From NCBI GenBank assembly GCA_965235115.1, contig OZ249436.1, forward strand, positions 28,398,001 to 28,462,000: a stretch of 64,000 bases of DNA. The letters are read 5' to 3'. A model generated the notes under the pieces. It did not search any database. It saw nothing but the letters and a program-made list of their open reading frames with translations, and had not been told where the DNA came from. The first letter of the stretch is position 1. Every line of letters begins with the position of its first letter. The stretch comes from Laetmonice hystrix. Its lineage: Eukaryota. Positions 24,371 to 37,562 of this stretch are shown here, piece by piece. A program made the position numbers and the translations under genes.

Positions 24371-27003
24371 GTTGCTTGATTAGATGTATTCCTATGTCCC
24401 ATTCAGCTGTCGGAACTTTTTGCCTTTTACACTGCGAAGCGACACATTTTCATATACTACTCACAACTGTTGCCCCTTGAGATCGGACGGTTTTTGTTGA
24501 TGAGAGAGGGGAACACAATACGTTTTATACTGTGTTTGTTCCACACCTCCCAACGGCTGCAGAAGGGTCTGATCCGTATATCATCCCATACCTTTATTCA
24601 GGTTAATACCATAGGACACGTTCACATCTCTGTACTGAGCACAGTAATATACTCTCTGCGGTGTCAGTGCCTGGCGCAGACATCGACCTGTTGACAAGAG
24701 AACCTAATGATTTTCTGGCTGCAGAATCCTTTGTCCTCCCTCATCGGACAAATCACCACAGAGACTTACCCCAATAAACATAATCTGGACATTCTTACCC
24801 CAGGTCACACGGAATCCTCATGTCTGTAACCTGCCCTTGATAATGGCTTCTATATAGCCCATTCACCTCTGTGAAATATCTCATTCGTATTGTGGAGTCA
24901 GCCAGGGAAAACACAGATAAAAAATACATCAACATTCACAGGCCACAATTTTTTTTAGTTAACAAAAAGGGAGATAAACCGAAATTTGGAATACTGGAGA
25001 GAGGAGCAAGACTGGACAGCGTGCAAAGAAAACCAATAAAATAGGCCCCAGTAGTGCTTGACCAGCTGCTGTAGCCTGTAGCATGGTAACCTTTCAGGAT
25101 TGCCTAGGCCTGCAAAGACTTGGATGTCGCCGTAAAAAAGACCAAAACCTGCAATATTAAAAGGCCACTATCTACTGCAGCATGATATCTTGCTTGCCGC
25201 CCCGAAAGTAGCCGCCAAAAGATTGGCCGCAATGCTAAGTCAGATACAAATATCTGTATATCTACCGTGGGCTCCGCTTTGACCGTGAGGCCAGATAACT
25301 AGTGCGTGAAAACACACATGTTTAGGAACCCCAGGGAAGGCCAGGCCCGTACCTTTTAGTCGCCCTGTCAACAGCAAAACATGTCTACCCCGACATTGGA
25401 TTTCTGCTTGAGTCGAAAACTCCACTGACACACGCTGCGACCGTTTCTGGTGGGAGTAGTTAGTAATTCCTAGATTTACAGTATCTACTAAGTGACTGCA
25501 GTTTCCAACATTAAGCGGATCGCCATTCCGTTATTAATCAAGTTGTCGATATTAGTACGTACTGCTTATATAAACTAGACTGGAATTCTAAAATATTAAA
25601 TTCACACTTCAACAAGTCCTATACAATGTATTTAAGTCTGGCTACTCAAAACATGTGGCTTCAGCCTTTAATTGGCCACGTGGCAGCGCGTCAGATGCCG
25701 TGTCTGACTTGTAATCATGTGACCACGCCTGGTTTAGTGTTGGCGGGACACTGATGGCGGGTTAGGTTAAATTAGAGTTGGGGTCAAGTGGAGGTATTAC
25801 CCGAGGCTAGCACGTCTAGCGCGGCTATTGATTGTATATGATAATCCGGATTACCGCTAGGTCGTATGGGCTCAGGTAACCTCAATGGATAACGTAGCAA
25901 CACGCACACCTGTGCGGCAAGTGAAATTATTTATCGCGGGGTCTTTGTTTTCATGGAGTTTGTGTGGCAAGCTTATCATCAATGATATGTATGATTGATG
26001 GAAATGATTGTCTTGGTGATAAATTTATCATTAGCATTGTTTCCAGATATAAGAAACTGAGGCGAATATAGGTTGTGATTATGTTGCACACCTGAATTTT
26101 CTACGACTCCTGCTATACGTAGTTTGGAGTTTTAGTTAATACTCGCTACTTGGCCAGTACAACGCATCAAGAGAGTTCTACAGGGCAAGGTTATCTTTTA
26201 ATTAACTAAAGTACCATAGTATCCTCTGTAACCATTGCCTAGGTTCTTGTGCTCGTATTCAAGATTACATTCAAGAATATTTAGAGAATACACAAAAAGT
26301 TGGCCTATATTTTCAAGAACCAGGTAGTAAACAGAATTTTGTCATTGGGAGCCAGGAACATTCTTTTGGGAAAAATGATACCACCTTTCAAACACACAAA
26401 ATGGGGGGTTCGCCAAATGGCGACCACGACGTTCTTCGAAGTGGTCGGCTTCATCTGCTCGTAATTGGCAGGGAAATGATTTAGTGGGTTGACTTGCATT
26501 TACATTTCGCAGTCTTCATTATATTTGTGTGTTGTGGAGGAGACTATAAGTATATGTACAGGTAGAGGGGACCTGTACAGTTAGTTGTTCACAGGAATCA
26601 ATTTAGAAAGCTGAAACTATGAAGGCTACTCCCATCGTTTCTCAAGCTTCATTGCCACAGACATCACATAGGCACCTTTACTGATCTAGATAGATCACTG
26701 TGACTTGTAGACGTGTCCGGGATAGTATCAGAAAGTAACATTTGTATAAATATTGACAATTTGAATCACGCGCCACATCGCAGTCTCGCTCCCTACTGCT
26801 CTAGACCGAAAACCGGAAGTGACGTGCACACGGGAATTGGTCATTTTGATCACGGATTACAGACAGTTCACGTTGTTTTACAACAACCGTTCCTTTACAG
26901 AACGACGACAAATTACCAGTATTATCGGGATCTGGTACAAATTTTCATATTAATTGTGATGTCGGTAAACACTCTCGAAACCATGATGCGTCACACCCCT
27001 TAA

Positions 27004-27342
27004 AGGTGCTATTCGTCTCGCTCAGAATGGCATTTCTCCTATCATAATTGTGCACATACTACTAGAAAAAAATGCCTACGATACCATTGGCCTGATAAAC
27101 CTTCTTTTAGTTTGTGTGCAGCATTTGAAACCTATCTCGGTGCGCACCGAGATAGAGCCATCTCCTATGGTGGGGCGTGTCAGTGTCTCCACAGGCCTTC
27201 TGATAGAGCCCCATTTGTGCCATTATCCATTGAAAATTTTGATTTCCTTTGTTGTGAATCTATTTCCATGATAGGTGGGATCACATAAACGTCAACAAAA
27301 TTAAAAATGAAAAAATGAACTTTTTTTCCACGAATAGCACCT
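27004..27342. mobile_element. Kolobok-like MITE (TTAA TSD, AGG...CCT ends)
   Basis: TTAA|AGGTGCTATTCGT ... ACGAATAGCACCT|TTAA. Confidence 0.8.
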
Positions 27343-28064
27343 TTAAAGGACTCCACAGCATCAATAACTTGTTCGCCCGTCTCAGATTTTTTACCGCTGA
27401 GTTTTGAGTTGAGGGAATGGATAGAAGTCCGATGGGGCCAGGGCAGACTTACTGAGGAGCATTGTCTGCTCCTAATATCTCTGACATATCTTCGTGAAAT
27501 TGCTATGGTGGCAGCTTTTTGATATACAGATATCTGCTCTGAATTCATTTTTCTCCATTTTTTCCTGAAATCAGTAGTGTACTTAAAATAAACTGCCAAG
27601 ATATATTAGCGTACATGTGAGAGAGAATAATGCAATATACTCGGTTGAACATTTAAAAGGATGGTGTACATGGGGCAGAAATATACGGATGAGAAATTGC
27701 TTTCCGGGTGTGGCCGGATACTTATGAGACACGCTCCCTCCTATAACTTCACAGAATCACTTTTTTTCTACTACCAGGCACTGTCCTTACATTCTCCAGT
27801 CCGTGCCAATTTTATTTTCTCGTGACTCTTGCGGGGTAGACTTGGATATGACTCCCCAAGTGTTGCTCCAAGTCCTCCAACCGATTGAAGTAATACTGTA
27901 AATACCCCAGTATTTTTAGACCGACCAAGTTCATTTGGTCCGGCATGGCTCGCTTGCACCCAGAACGACAGTGACGGACACGACTCGAACGGACTTGTCT
28001 TTAGAAGCTCAAGACTAGTCTCCGCTGTCTTTATGCTCTGTGTATGCCGGGCTTCACAAGACCA

Positions 28065-28310
28065 TTTTTCTCACTGGCCCTCTCCAGTGCTGCGCAACTG
28101 GGTCATCAAAGGCTTTGGTATGTCCAGCCATGTCTGTGCGACTGGGCAATGTGCCTACCGGTGGCAGGTTTCTTTCTTACTTGATCGTCATGACACCCTC
28201 GGGACCCGGCGGGTACAGTAAGTCCCTTGACCGAATTAAATTGTTGATATCGCCCTGAATATGGCTGAAATATTGCCGACTGCTGGCGTAAACCCCCTAA
28301 TTCATTCACA
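28065..28310 (+). mobile_element. 5'-truncated SINE with Deu/Nin-like central domain and LINE-type 3' tail
   Basis: The core CTCTCCAGTGCTGCGCAACTGGGTCATCAAAGGCTTTGGTATGTCCAGCCATGTCTGTGCGACTGGGCA resembles the DeuSINE/Nin domain as I recall it. The tail ATATGGCTGAAATATTGCCG...GGCGTAAAC...TTCATTCAC follows. A homologous inverted copy lies at ~53470-53655. Confidence 0.6.
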
Positions 28311-30335
28311 CTGCCAGTCCAAGAGTGTGATTTGATGGCCTATACTTTGTAGCCTCCTTTTGGGACAGGAATTTGTGGCAGTGAACACGAGTGTTCTTGA
28401 CATGCCATCAGGAAGAACACTAGCACACATAGCCATCGCCCTGACAATGTTGGCAAATAGAGAAAATTTATGATTATAATACTGTAGGTGACACCTTTTC
28501 GTTTCCCCGTTACAAGGTTGCCACGTTTTACTTGTAATCTTCTCGCTGTCGTCCGTGTCCGAATCTACCTTTATTTTGTGTTGCCAAAAGCTGGTTTATA
28601 AATTTGACAGATAGGCCTATCTATTGGATACTTTGTCGGTGATTATGTCCTTCCGGTGGTGGTATCACCCATTTCCGGGCGGAGACAATCCAATATTGAG
28701 CATCTATGACGGGCCTGCTTCCGAATCCACGAGGAGGTACTTTGTCGAGGGGAGGGGATCTGTTAGGTGGGGGGGGGGGGGGGGGGAGGGTTGTCGTCGG
28801 AACGGGTACATAATGCAAGTAAATCATTAGGGTCATTTTTATCAATATCTCTTTCCAACAGCGTAGTGGAAAGTAACCAGCTTTAATTAAATATCTGTCT
28901 CAAAAAGAAAAAGGAATTTAGAAAAAGGCATATTGTATTTCCGATATTGATAACGGAAATCGGACTTCAAGTTCATGATACGTGTTGCCCATTTTCTAGA
29001 AAGTTCCGTTAGGACATATTCGCGATTTTTGTAGGGTATTTGCAGATTCCGGACCTAGAAGTATTGTGTGTTTTATGTGGATTCATGGGGACTGGTTCGC
29101 CGGTATGGTAATGACTGGATCGACTGGAACCAAAGGCGTGAGAGGGCTCAGGAACAGGATCACTCAGAGAATATTCATGAATTGGGTGGACCACTGTCTA
29201 CTTTTAAAGTGCCTGGCGTTCTGACTTTTTTTCCACTGGTCCATCTTCCCCTGAAAACCTCCAGTGTTAATGACGTGGAGAGCCGAGGCGGGGCACGAAT
29301 ATGCTGGTGTAAATTGCATTTGTGACATCCTTGGTGTCTTCAACCAGACAATCCTGCTGCTGATGGCATCAATATTGGGAGATGGTAGGCATCTGCTTTT
29401 AACATCCACAACAAGCCAGGCTCTCTTTTGTTCAAGATGATTTATACCACGTGTTTGTCAAGCAGTGGAATTTTGTTTATTATGTTTGTTTAATTAAAAC
29501 GGAATTACGTGAATGGTTTTCTTTAGAACCGGCGGCTGTGCACGCCTACAATGTTAACGACCCTGTAGGTAGTAAGTTGCCTGCATGAGTTGATTCTCGT
29601 GTCGACTCTGGCATTAACCCTTTTCTGTGGGTCCGAAGTAGAAGGTGATAGCCTGGCTAATGGAAGCTGGCAACCAGGGATGGTGTCCCGAGGGTAGGCG
29701 GGGGAGTTCCAGCTCTATCCAGTCCGTGTTATACTGACGCTGTTCGCCGGCCCGCCCACCAAGACAAGTTGAGTTTGGTTGTCAGTTCTGGCGGCGACAC
29801 GGTAGCCGGACCTTGTACGGGAGCCAGGGTCACCTGTTCCCCAGTGGGTGCTCTCGGTGGTAAACGAGAAGGCTTGGATTCGGTCGGAACACATACCGGG
29901 AGTGGGTGGGAATGGGTCAGGGATTCAAAAGTGCCCTTGTGGAGACCGGCCAAAGATACGGGAGGCGGGCACGTGGCCGAAAGAAATATTGAGCGTTTAA
30001 ATACGCGTTTGAGGTCGGAAACATGTTTTACTGGCATGTTTCTCAGTTCTTGGTAATATATTGATCTTGTGTACTCAAATATAGAAGTGTAATATCTAGG
30101 TTTGACTGCGAATTAAAAGTTTTAGGAAAATGGTCCCTCGGGTATAATTTGTTATGTTTATATGTAGAAAATTTCAACTCTTTCCCATGACAAGGACACC
30201 TTTTGTTAAAGGACATGTCTGCATGTCATCCTGTCCCCGCCCAGACAGGACCCCTCGCTTAGCTAGTTTGAACCGGTCAAAATTGCGTCAGGATCCGTCT
30301 GTTGTCTTTGATTTCGACTCATTGCAAAGTCTTAT

Positions 30336-30549
30336 GGGCCTGATCCACTACTTATAGGCGATTTTCAATGCGACGTCCATGCGATTTTGACATCACCCTT
30401 TTATTTTACTGTGATTTTGAGATTAAAGGATGGAACCCATTTCCTTAAAGAGGTAAGGCCAGCCAGGAAAAACTTCAGAGTGAAATTCCACCATTAAATC
30501 ACAAATCGCATGGCCGTCGCAAGGAATATCGCCTAAATGGATCAGGCCC
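30336..30549. mobile_element. Harbinger-like MITE
   Basis: TIRs GGGCCTGATCCA...TAGGCGATTTTC..TGCGACG.CCATGCGATTT and AAATCGCATGGCCGTCGCAAGGAATATCGCCTAAATGGATCAGGCCC. Confidence 0.7.
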
Positions 30550-33006
30550 TTTTAATAGCACCTCATAAGTGTCACGAGTGCAGGAGTGTCGGAAGTTGCG
30601 TCCGCAAGCAATATATGAAACGGCCATATCCAACTACGTTGTCGTCAGGTGTGTGCGTACAAGTTTGCGAAGGGTTTAACGCTGCTTGAGCCTGTCAATA
30701 GGTACGGTGACAGTCTCGTGTAGGGGCCGGGTGTCAGGTTCAGGTTGTCGCCCAACTTGTAGAATGTCATGTCGAGGATCCAAGCAGAGACATTCATCAT
30801 GATGAAGGGAGCTTTAAGTCGGGGCGAAAATGGTATGTCGTGAAACGACACCTCTACTTGTGACAGGACATCTTTGGAAAGTACTATCAATCAAAGTTCT
30901 TTAGCCCCACCCCCACCAGCCAGTACGTAGAGCGGCCCAGCTTTGCTGATGCAAGCAATCACTCGCCATCTTATGTCCAAAATCGATCTGTCTACAGGTT
31001 TGGCGAGGACATATTTTTGTCAAATGTTTTAGAGATATAGCTGCATTTAGTGAGTTAAATTTATTATTAATGTTTTGGGCTTTACTGAGAATCCTTCCCA
31101 TGGTGTCATGAGGGAAGCCTCCCGGGGGTGTTCCGATGGACGGATTAGCGTGAAGAGAAGGGGAACACGATCCCAAGGGAATGTTTTTAATTGCCCCTGA
31201 AGATGTCCTGCAGGCTAGGTGGGATGGCACCAGCAGAGTGTTTCAATAAGCGCATCGGACCGTCCGACGGGCGATTTTGGCACAAACAAAATGGGACGGA
31301 TGGTCAGTCGCTCGGTCTGACACGCTGATTGACCCCCCCCCCCCTCCCCCCATGTCCCCTGTCAGACTGAGGTTACCTGCCCGGTGGTTTGGGTTTCCCA
31401 CGGGAGGTGAGTAATGTAATGTATGAATAGAATCGATCACCCATAAAATAAAATAGCAGCTGATATGAAATCTGATTTATTATTTGGCATAAGGAATATA
31501 TGGGTACACCAGAATATAAACGGTCTCGGAAATAGAAAATGGCCACGCCAGGGATGTTGCCAAGGAGTGATGAAAAAGGTCAGGGGAATGTGTAGAATTG
31601 GCTACGGTCCAAGGTCAACAGTAGGCCTGATTGAAATAGCTCGTAGTCACGATTACCCAATCTACGTGCATCAAACTCGATCCATCGTTTACTGTATAAC
31701 GGTCCTATGCCCAGATCCCATCCCAGAATGAAATCTGTAAGTCATTTCTTTTCTTATACTATGCAGTTACCCAGCATGGAATGTTTGGAATCTGGGTGGA
31801 GCCCCCTTGGGTTAATCTGCTGGTAACAACACTCTGGGGAGAGGCAGTTTAATAAATAATATAATAATAGCCATAATAATTCGTGCTGGAACCACAATAT
31901 TACTAAAGACATTTTTGGAGAATTGATTGCTAATTTTAAACCATTCTCACATGAGAATTTAATTTGGTTGAATGTATTGGAATAGGTTAAAAATTACCGA
32001 TCACTCAAACCTTCTATCAGTTTAGAACGCTCAGCGTGAGTGGAATGGACCCACCACAGAAACTGATAAATGCCGGTGCCGCACTAAACATTGAGGGTAC
32101 GACTCTATAGTCGTGATTTCCAATCTGATTCATGGTTCCATTCTACCTATCCCAGATACAGGCCCGGCCATCGTTTACCAATACAACAGCTCGCCAACAG
32201 GCAACCTGCACAGCGGGCTATACATTCTACTGAAGGTCATTGATATTGACACGGGCTGCAAGAGGGGGCTATATCCCGGACAAATCTAAATGAATTAAAG
32301 TGACATAGGCCTATTACATGGTGTTTCATAGCCGTAATCGGACGGCACAACCTGAAAGAATTCCTATAATTTGTAATCGGTTTCACAATGTGACATAGGC
32401 AGGTCCGTAACGACTTTAAATGTCCAGATTGGCTACACAGAGTCTTGCTTACTGCCATAGGTGTATCACCTCTGAAGACCTTGTGGTTTTTTTTGCTAGG
32501 CATCGCTCTCCGATAAATCACGCACGACCAAAATAATGGGAGGGGGATTAACCATACCTTCTGTGCCTGGATATTAGATGGTTTTTTTCTGACGTTATTA
32601 GTCCAGCCGTCTTTTAATAAATGTTCTATGATAACAAGCATTTATAAAAAAGTAGATATATGACCTGGCAGGGACCTGCCATAAACCGTGATGAAGGAAA
32701 TGTATTTGATTTAAGGACAAGACTAGGCTTCTCGATAGGCAGATAGATAGTGTAGATAACGTTAGCTTTAGAGAACATTATCAACATTATGAATCTAAAA
32801 TGCCAGAATTCATATTGAGTTTTGTTGTTTGATTCGTCCCATGAGAATAGAAACCCAGACAGCCAGTCCTTGGGGTTTCTTAATATTCTCTGAAAGAACC
32901 TTTTTATGGTAGACATGTTGATATTAAACACCGCACACTATACGAAACCATGTCACAACGTGATGTTAAGTATAAGAACAGCGGTGTCTCGTCCAGCGTT
33001 GATTAA

Positions 33007-33429
33007 AGGGGTGGAAATCACACACGACAAATAAGGTTTCGTAGACCAAATGAAACACCAGCATTTACCTCAGGGCAATAAATGCCACAATTACGTTGTC
33101 TGGATAAAGTAACCGTGGTTCTAACCGTGCTCTGCTTGTGTGTTCATCACCTCGGACGTTTACAAATGTTGGGACTCCAAACATCGTGTAGACAAGGTCT
33201 GTGAGCAGAGTAACACGTAATGTTACGCAATACGCCGCGGTGTGCAGCATTCGGCTCTGATGAACACACAAGAAGGTCAAGGTAAGAACCAGCGGCGTCA
33301 CACATCGGGCAGTTACACGTTAATTACTTCATTCAGACAACGTAATTGTGGCATTTATTGCCCTGAGGTAAATGCTGGTGTTCCATTTGGTCTACGAAAC
33401 CTTATTTGTCGTGTGTGTTTACCCTCCAT
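33007..33429 (+). mobile_element. Kolobok-like MITE family A, copy 1
   Basis: TTAA at 33003-33006 and 33430-33433. Long TIRs (AAATAAGGTTTCGTAGACCAAATGAAACACCAGCATTTAC...). Near-identical copies at 35780 and 41408. Confidence 0.9.
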
Positions 33430-33489
33430 TTAATAGCGGTGCGCTAAATCGATTGGTTTTCGTAGAGTGACGAAGTTTCCGAGTTGGTG

Positions 33490-34003
33490 CTCGACGGCTT
33501 CCTGCAGGTCGTAGAATGCTGATACCCGGGTCGCCCACCTGCCAACCAGCAGGTGCCGGACAGTTATTTGTAGGTCGCAGATTTCAGAGCCGCCCACCTG
33601 CCAACCAGCATGTGCTGGACGGTTTCCTGCAGGCCGCAGATGCTCAACGGGTTCTTGCAGGTCACTGATGTCTGGATCGCCCACCTACCATCCAACAGGT
33701 GCTGGACGGTTTCCTGCAGGTCGCAGATGCTCAACGATTCTCTGTGGGTGGCAGATGTCCTGGCCGCCCATCTGCAACTACCACCATGTAGGCTGCACTT
33801 CAACAACGCGGCGAAACTGGAGAATTGGCCGGGTATTGTCATCAGCCGTCTCAACTCGACGGCCCAGTAACCCAGGCGGCCCCTTTAGAGACCAGGGCCC
33901 TCGGAGACCAGCCCCTCGGAGACCAGCCCCTTCAGAGACCAGGCCCCTTGGAGACCAGCCCCCTCGGAGACCAGCCTCCTCGGAGACCAGCCCCCTCGGA
34001 GAC
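33490..34003. repeat. Compound repeat: ~60-87-bp degenerate units (GCCCACCTGCCAACCAGCAGGTGCTGGACGGTTTCCTGCAGG) followed by ~8 copies of a 15-17-bp unit (CTCGGAGACCAGCCC); likely subterminal arrays of DNA transposons
   Basis: GCCCA(C/T)CT recurs at 33533, 33592, 33679 and 33766. GAGACCAG recurs between 33888 and 34003. Confidence 0.75.
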
Positions 34004-35740
34004 AGGATGCCCCTGCCAGCTGACCGACATTGTGATATATGTGTCAAAGTGTTATCCGGATATCTCCCGGACTGAGGTACCGCGGAGAGTGCTCTATTCT
34101 CATCTTCTGTAATCTCAGGAAATTCAGGGTGTTATATGCCACAAGGAGGAGGAAGAGGTCACCCATTCTGTCCAGTGACCTCAGCGTCTGTCATCAAGTC
34201 GCCCACTGCAGGCGAAACCACGGATAGATTGTACGACCCGAGACAAGAAGAAATTGGTGAAATCTGCTGTGGGATACGCTTTACATTCCAGAAGAAGGAA
34301 TTTATTCGTGTGACTTGGATGCTCAGAGTGGAGACGGTTGAGAGAAGGACCAAAACTGATAAAGATAACAGGTGGTGAGAAGAAGATGACTTGTTCTTGA
34401 GGGACGACAGGCACTGTAATAAGACCCGGTGTGCCGCCGGCGGTATTTATAAATAGATGACTGGAGGCACACTTAATGAGGTTGTACTAGGATGTGGACT
34501 TACAAATGTCATTCGGTGGAATGCATTCAGCAAGAGCAATTGGTAAAGGACCGCTTCAGTTGCCAGATGTGCCTGGAATAGCCCAGGTTGATAATGATCA
34601 GGTCTTGGAATGTGACATAATCTACCAAGTAGACATTCGGCTTCCGCGTTAGGCGATGGTCATGAGAAGCTTGGCTTCTTGATCACTTGGTTTAATAAAC
34701 TTGTGTAATAGCAGTGAAATATTAAACACCAAATACGGTAGACCTCCTTAGTCACAATGGCAAATGGGTTGATTTCTTATTAAATTAATTTGTGAACTCT
34801 ATTGAACCGTGGGTATTCAGACCATAATAAGGTTTATCTGTAGACTTTACAGCTTAGTCTCTGCTTCGATCCGCCGTAAAAAGTGAATGATTCGAATGCC
34901 AGTCATGTGGACTTTTAAGTGATGTATTCCGGGAGCGCAGGGTTTGCCATCAAATGGGAATCACCATATGTAATTGTCGGCTCGCATCCTTCACTTCAAA
35001 CATCAAAGAGGAGGCATGACCTCTACTTTACATGTAGATTCTCAGCCAAACATGGCTATTGGAGGCAGAGACAGGAAGAATTCAGGCACTGGAAATAAAG
35101 GAGTGGCAATCAGAAGGGGGCTGAGCCGGGATCGGTGGCCAGCTCAGTTCATGGCCGACCCGTCATGCTGTTAGATTGTATACAGGACCGGAGGCGGTGG
35201 CAAACAGCGACAGATCAGCATACCGGTAGAGCTTTCTACGGAAGATGCAATCCAAGCGATGCTGATCTGTATTCTCGGTGGTCGCGAAGGGGTAAACTGG
35301 GGGCGGACAAACGCTATTCACGGGAGGTAGAGATAGGAATAATTTCTGTATAGATGCCTGACCTGGTTGATGAGGGAGGTCAAAGTCAAAGTTTAAGGCC
35401 ATCTAAAGTCGCCGGATAATGTGTGATTTCTTATCATATCGGAATGGTCTTTAATTGCCAGGTTTCGGAGTTTAATGAGTACAGGTTTTTTTGATCACTA
35501 GTTTTCGGCCTGTTGGGGCCAATTACCCGTAGCTGTGCACATTAAGTTCCCATTCGACCATGTGGTCAGTTTTTGCTATTTCCTCAGCGGTGGACGTATG
35601 GGTAGTTTGCACTAATAAGAAAGGAAAGGGAAGGAGGAGAAAATAAGCAGGCAAAAGAAGAGGAAATAAGCCTTCCAATAATGCCATGCGGTTATTTCGA
35701 TTTCTGATAGAGTGGAAGTTGAGGAAATGTTTAGGCCTCT

Positions 35741-36283
35741 GGGCAGGGTTTCAGAAAGGTTAGCATGATCTTAACTTAAAGGGATGGAAAACACACACGG
35801 GAAATAGGGTTTCGTAGACCAAATGAAACACCAGCATTTACCTCAGGGCAATAAATGCCACAATTACGTTGTCTCGGACGTTTACAAACGTTGGGACTCC
35901 AAACATCGTGTAGCAAGGTCTGTGAGCAGAGTAACACGTAATGTTACGCAATATGCCGTGATGTGCAGCATTCCGCTCTGATGAACACACAAGCAGATCA
36001 AGGTCAGAACCAGCGGCGTCACACATCGAGCGGTTACACGTTAATTACTTCATTCAGACAACGTAATTGTGGCATTTATTGCCCTGAGGTAAATGCCGGT
36101 GTTCCATTTGGTCTACGAAACCTTATTTGCCGTGTGTGTTTACCCTCCCTTTAAGCACTGATTAGCCTTTTAGGACCCCTGATTGGCTGGAAGCTGAGCA
36201 GCAGATGACCGGCCAATCAGGGGTCCTAAAAGGCTAGGCAGAGCTTAAGTTAAGATCATGCTAACCTTTCTGAAACCGGGCCC
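35741..36283. mobile_element. Harbinger-like palindromic MITE interrupted by a Kolobok-like MITE
   Basis: GGGCAGGGTTTCAGAAAGGTTAGCATGATCTTAACTTAA ... TTAAGTTAAGATCATGCTAACCTTTCTGAAACCGGGCCC. The arm symmetry is restored when 35780-36154 is removed. Confidence 0.85.
35780..36150 (+). mobile_element. Kolobok-like MITE family A, copy 2 (internally deleted, nested)
   Basis: TTAA at 35776-35779 and 36151-36154. High identity to 33007-33429 with a ~50-bp deletion. Confidence 0.9.
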
Positions 36284-36674
36284 AGATGTTAGAGGTGCGC
36301 ATATATGTAGGCCTGCACGAAACCTTGGCAGTATTAAGCAACAAACATGCATCCCATAAGGAATATACGTATACTTTTTGTATGAAGCCTCTAGAAATAG
36401 CAACATCCTACGCAGCAGACGTGTTTTTTGTTGTCTCCAGGGAGGTATAAAACTAACAGCGTTGCCTTTATCTGCCCATCAGCATCGTCGGTGCAACGTC
36501 ACTTTCAATGCCTGTTATTTAATACCCATCCGTATATGAGAACTTAAACGACAGTCTTGAAACGTATTTTTATGCGGGAAAACTTACCTGTCACTTTTCA
36601 TGGTGGAATGAAAGGTGTAATTTGATCGGTTCACAATGTCTCAGTGGACTTTTTTTAGAATACCTTCCGGCAAA

Positions 36675-37070
36675 GAGTGTGTTCTCGTACAGAAAGCGTT
36701 CTGTTGTCGACATATTTCGGAGTGTACAGAAAGCGTTCTGTTGTCGACATATTCCGGAGTGTGTTCTCGTACAGAAAGCGTTCTGTTGTCGACATATTCC
36801 GGAGTGTGTTCTCGTACAGAAAGCGTTCTGTTGTCGACATATTCCGGAGTGTGTTCTCGTACAGAAAGCGTTCTGTTGTCGACATATTCCGGAGTGTGTT
36901 CTCGTACAGAAAGCGTTCTGTTGTCGACATATTCCGGAGTGTGTTCTCGTACAGAAAGCGTTCTGTTGTCGACATATTCCGGATTGTGTTCTCGTACAGA
37001 AAGCATTTTGTTGTCGACATATTCCGGAGTGTGTTCTCGTACAGAAAGCGTTCTGTTGTCGACATATTCC
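36675..37070 (+). repeat. 45-bp minisatellite, 9 units (GAGTGTGTTCTCGTACAGAAAGCGTTCTGTTGTCGACATATTCCG)
   Basis: Units start at 36675, 36720 (8-bp deletion), 36757, 36802, 36847, 36892, 36937, 36982 and 37027. There are no spacers. Confidence 0.97.
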
Positions 37071-37486
37071 AGAGCAGAACTCTGAAGCTACCAAATGAAC
37101 TATAGCTTCAGTTGCTGGCAGGAGCTGGCTTCCAAAATTTATTGTAAAATCGAAGGTTAGTGACAGTTTCGAGCCTCCATCTAGACACGATAGCTTTTCA
37201 TTGGCTCAAGACTTAGAATGGCCACAGCAATTTTCTAAGGGCATCGTTTTGGAGTTAAGATATATTGCATGGCGCATTTGCCAGACTTTTTGGCCGACCA
37301 CGATTGGGTTGGCCGACTCACCATTCGGCCGAATGAATCGGGTCGGTATCTATACACCGACTAACCGTTCGTAGTCGGCCGATTATTCCATCGGCCGACC
37401 GAATTGGTGTATACATAACAGGTATTTATTTTGTGGATATTCAAGGGACGGTTTTAAAGGGGTGGATTTTACTAACGGACTTGTAA

Positions 37487-37562
37487 AGCCGTGCTCACAC
37501 GATACGATTATCTGTTGAGACAGCCTTGAGACAGCCGATAATCGCATCGTGAGAGCACGGCT
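37487..37562. mobile_element. Tiny Harbinger-like MITE (~76 bp)
   Basis: TAA|AGCCGTGCTCACACGATACGATTATC ... GATAATCGCATCGTGAGAGCACGGCT|TTA. Confidence 0.65.

Noticed and set aside
31366..31406. 41-nt segment with acceptor and GAG|GTGAGT donor
   Set aside because: It is not a multiple of 3, gives an immediate stop in phase with exon 1, and its pyrimidine tract is a poly-C run. It is unsupported without transcripts.
36675..37070. CRISPR-like appearance of the regular arrays (also 11370, 57685, 61518)
   Set aside because: The units are head-to-tail with no unique spacers, there are no cas genes, and the context is eukaryotic.
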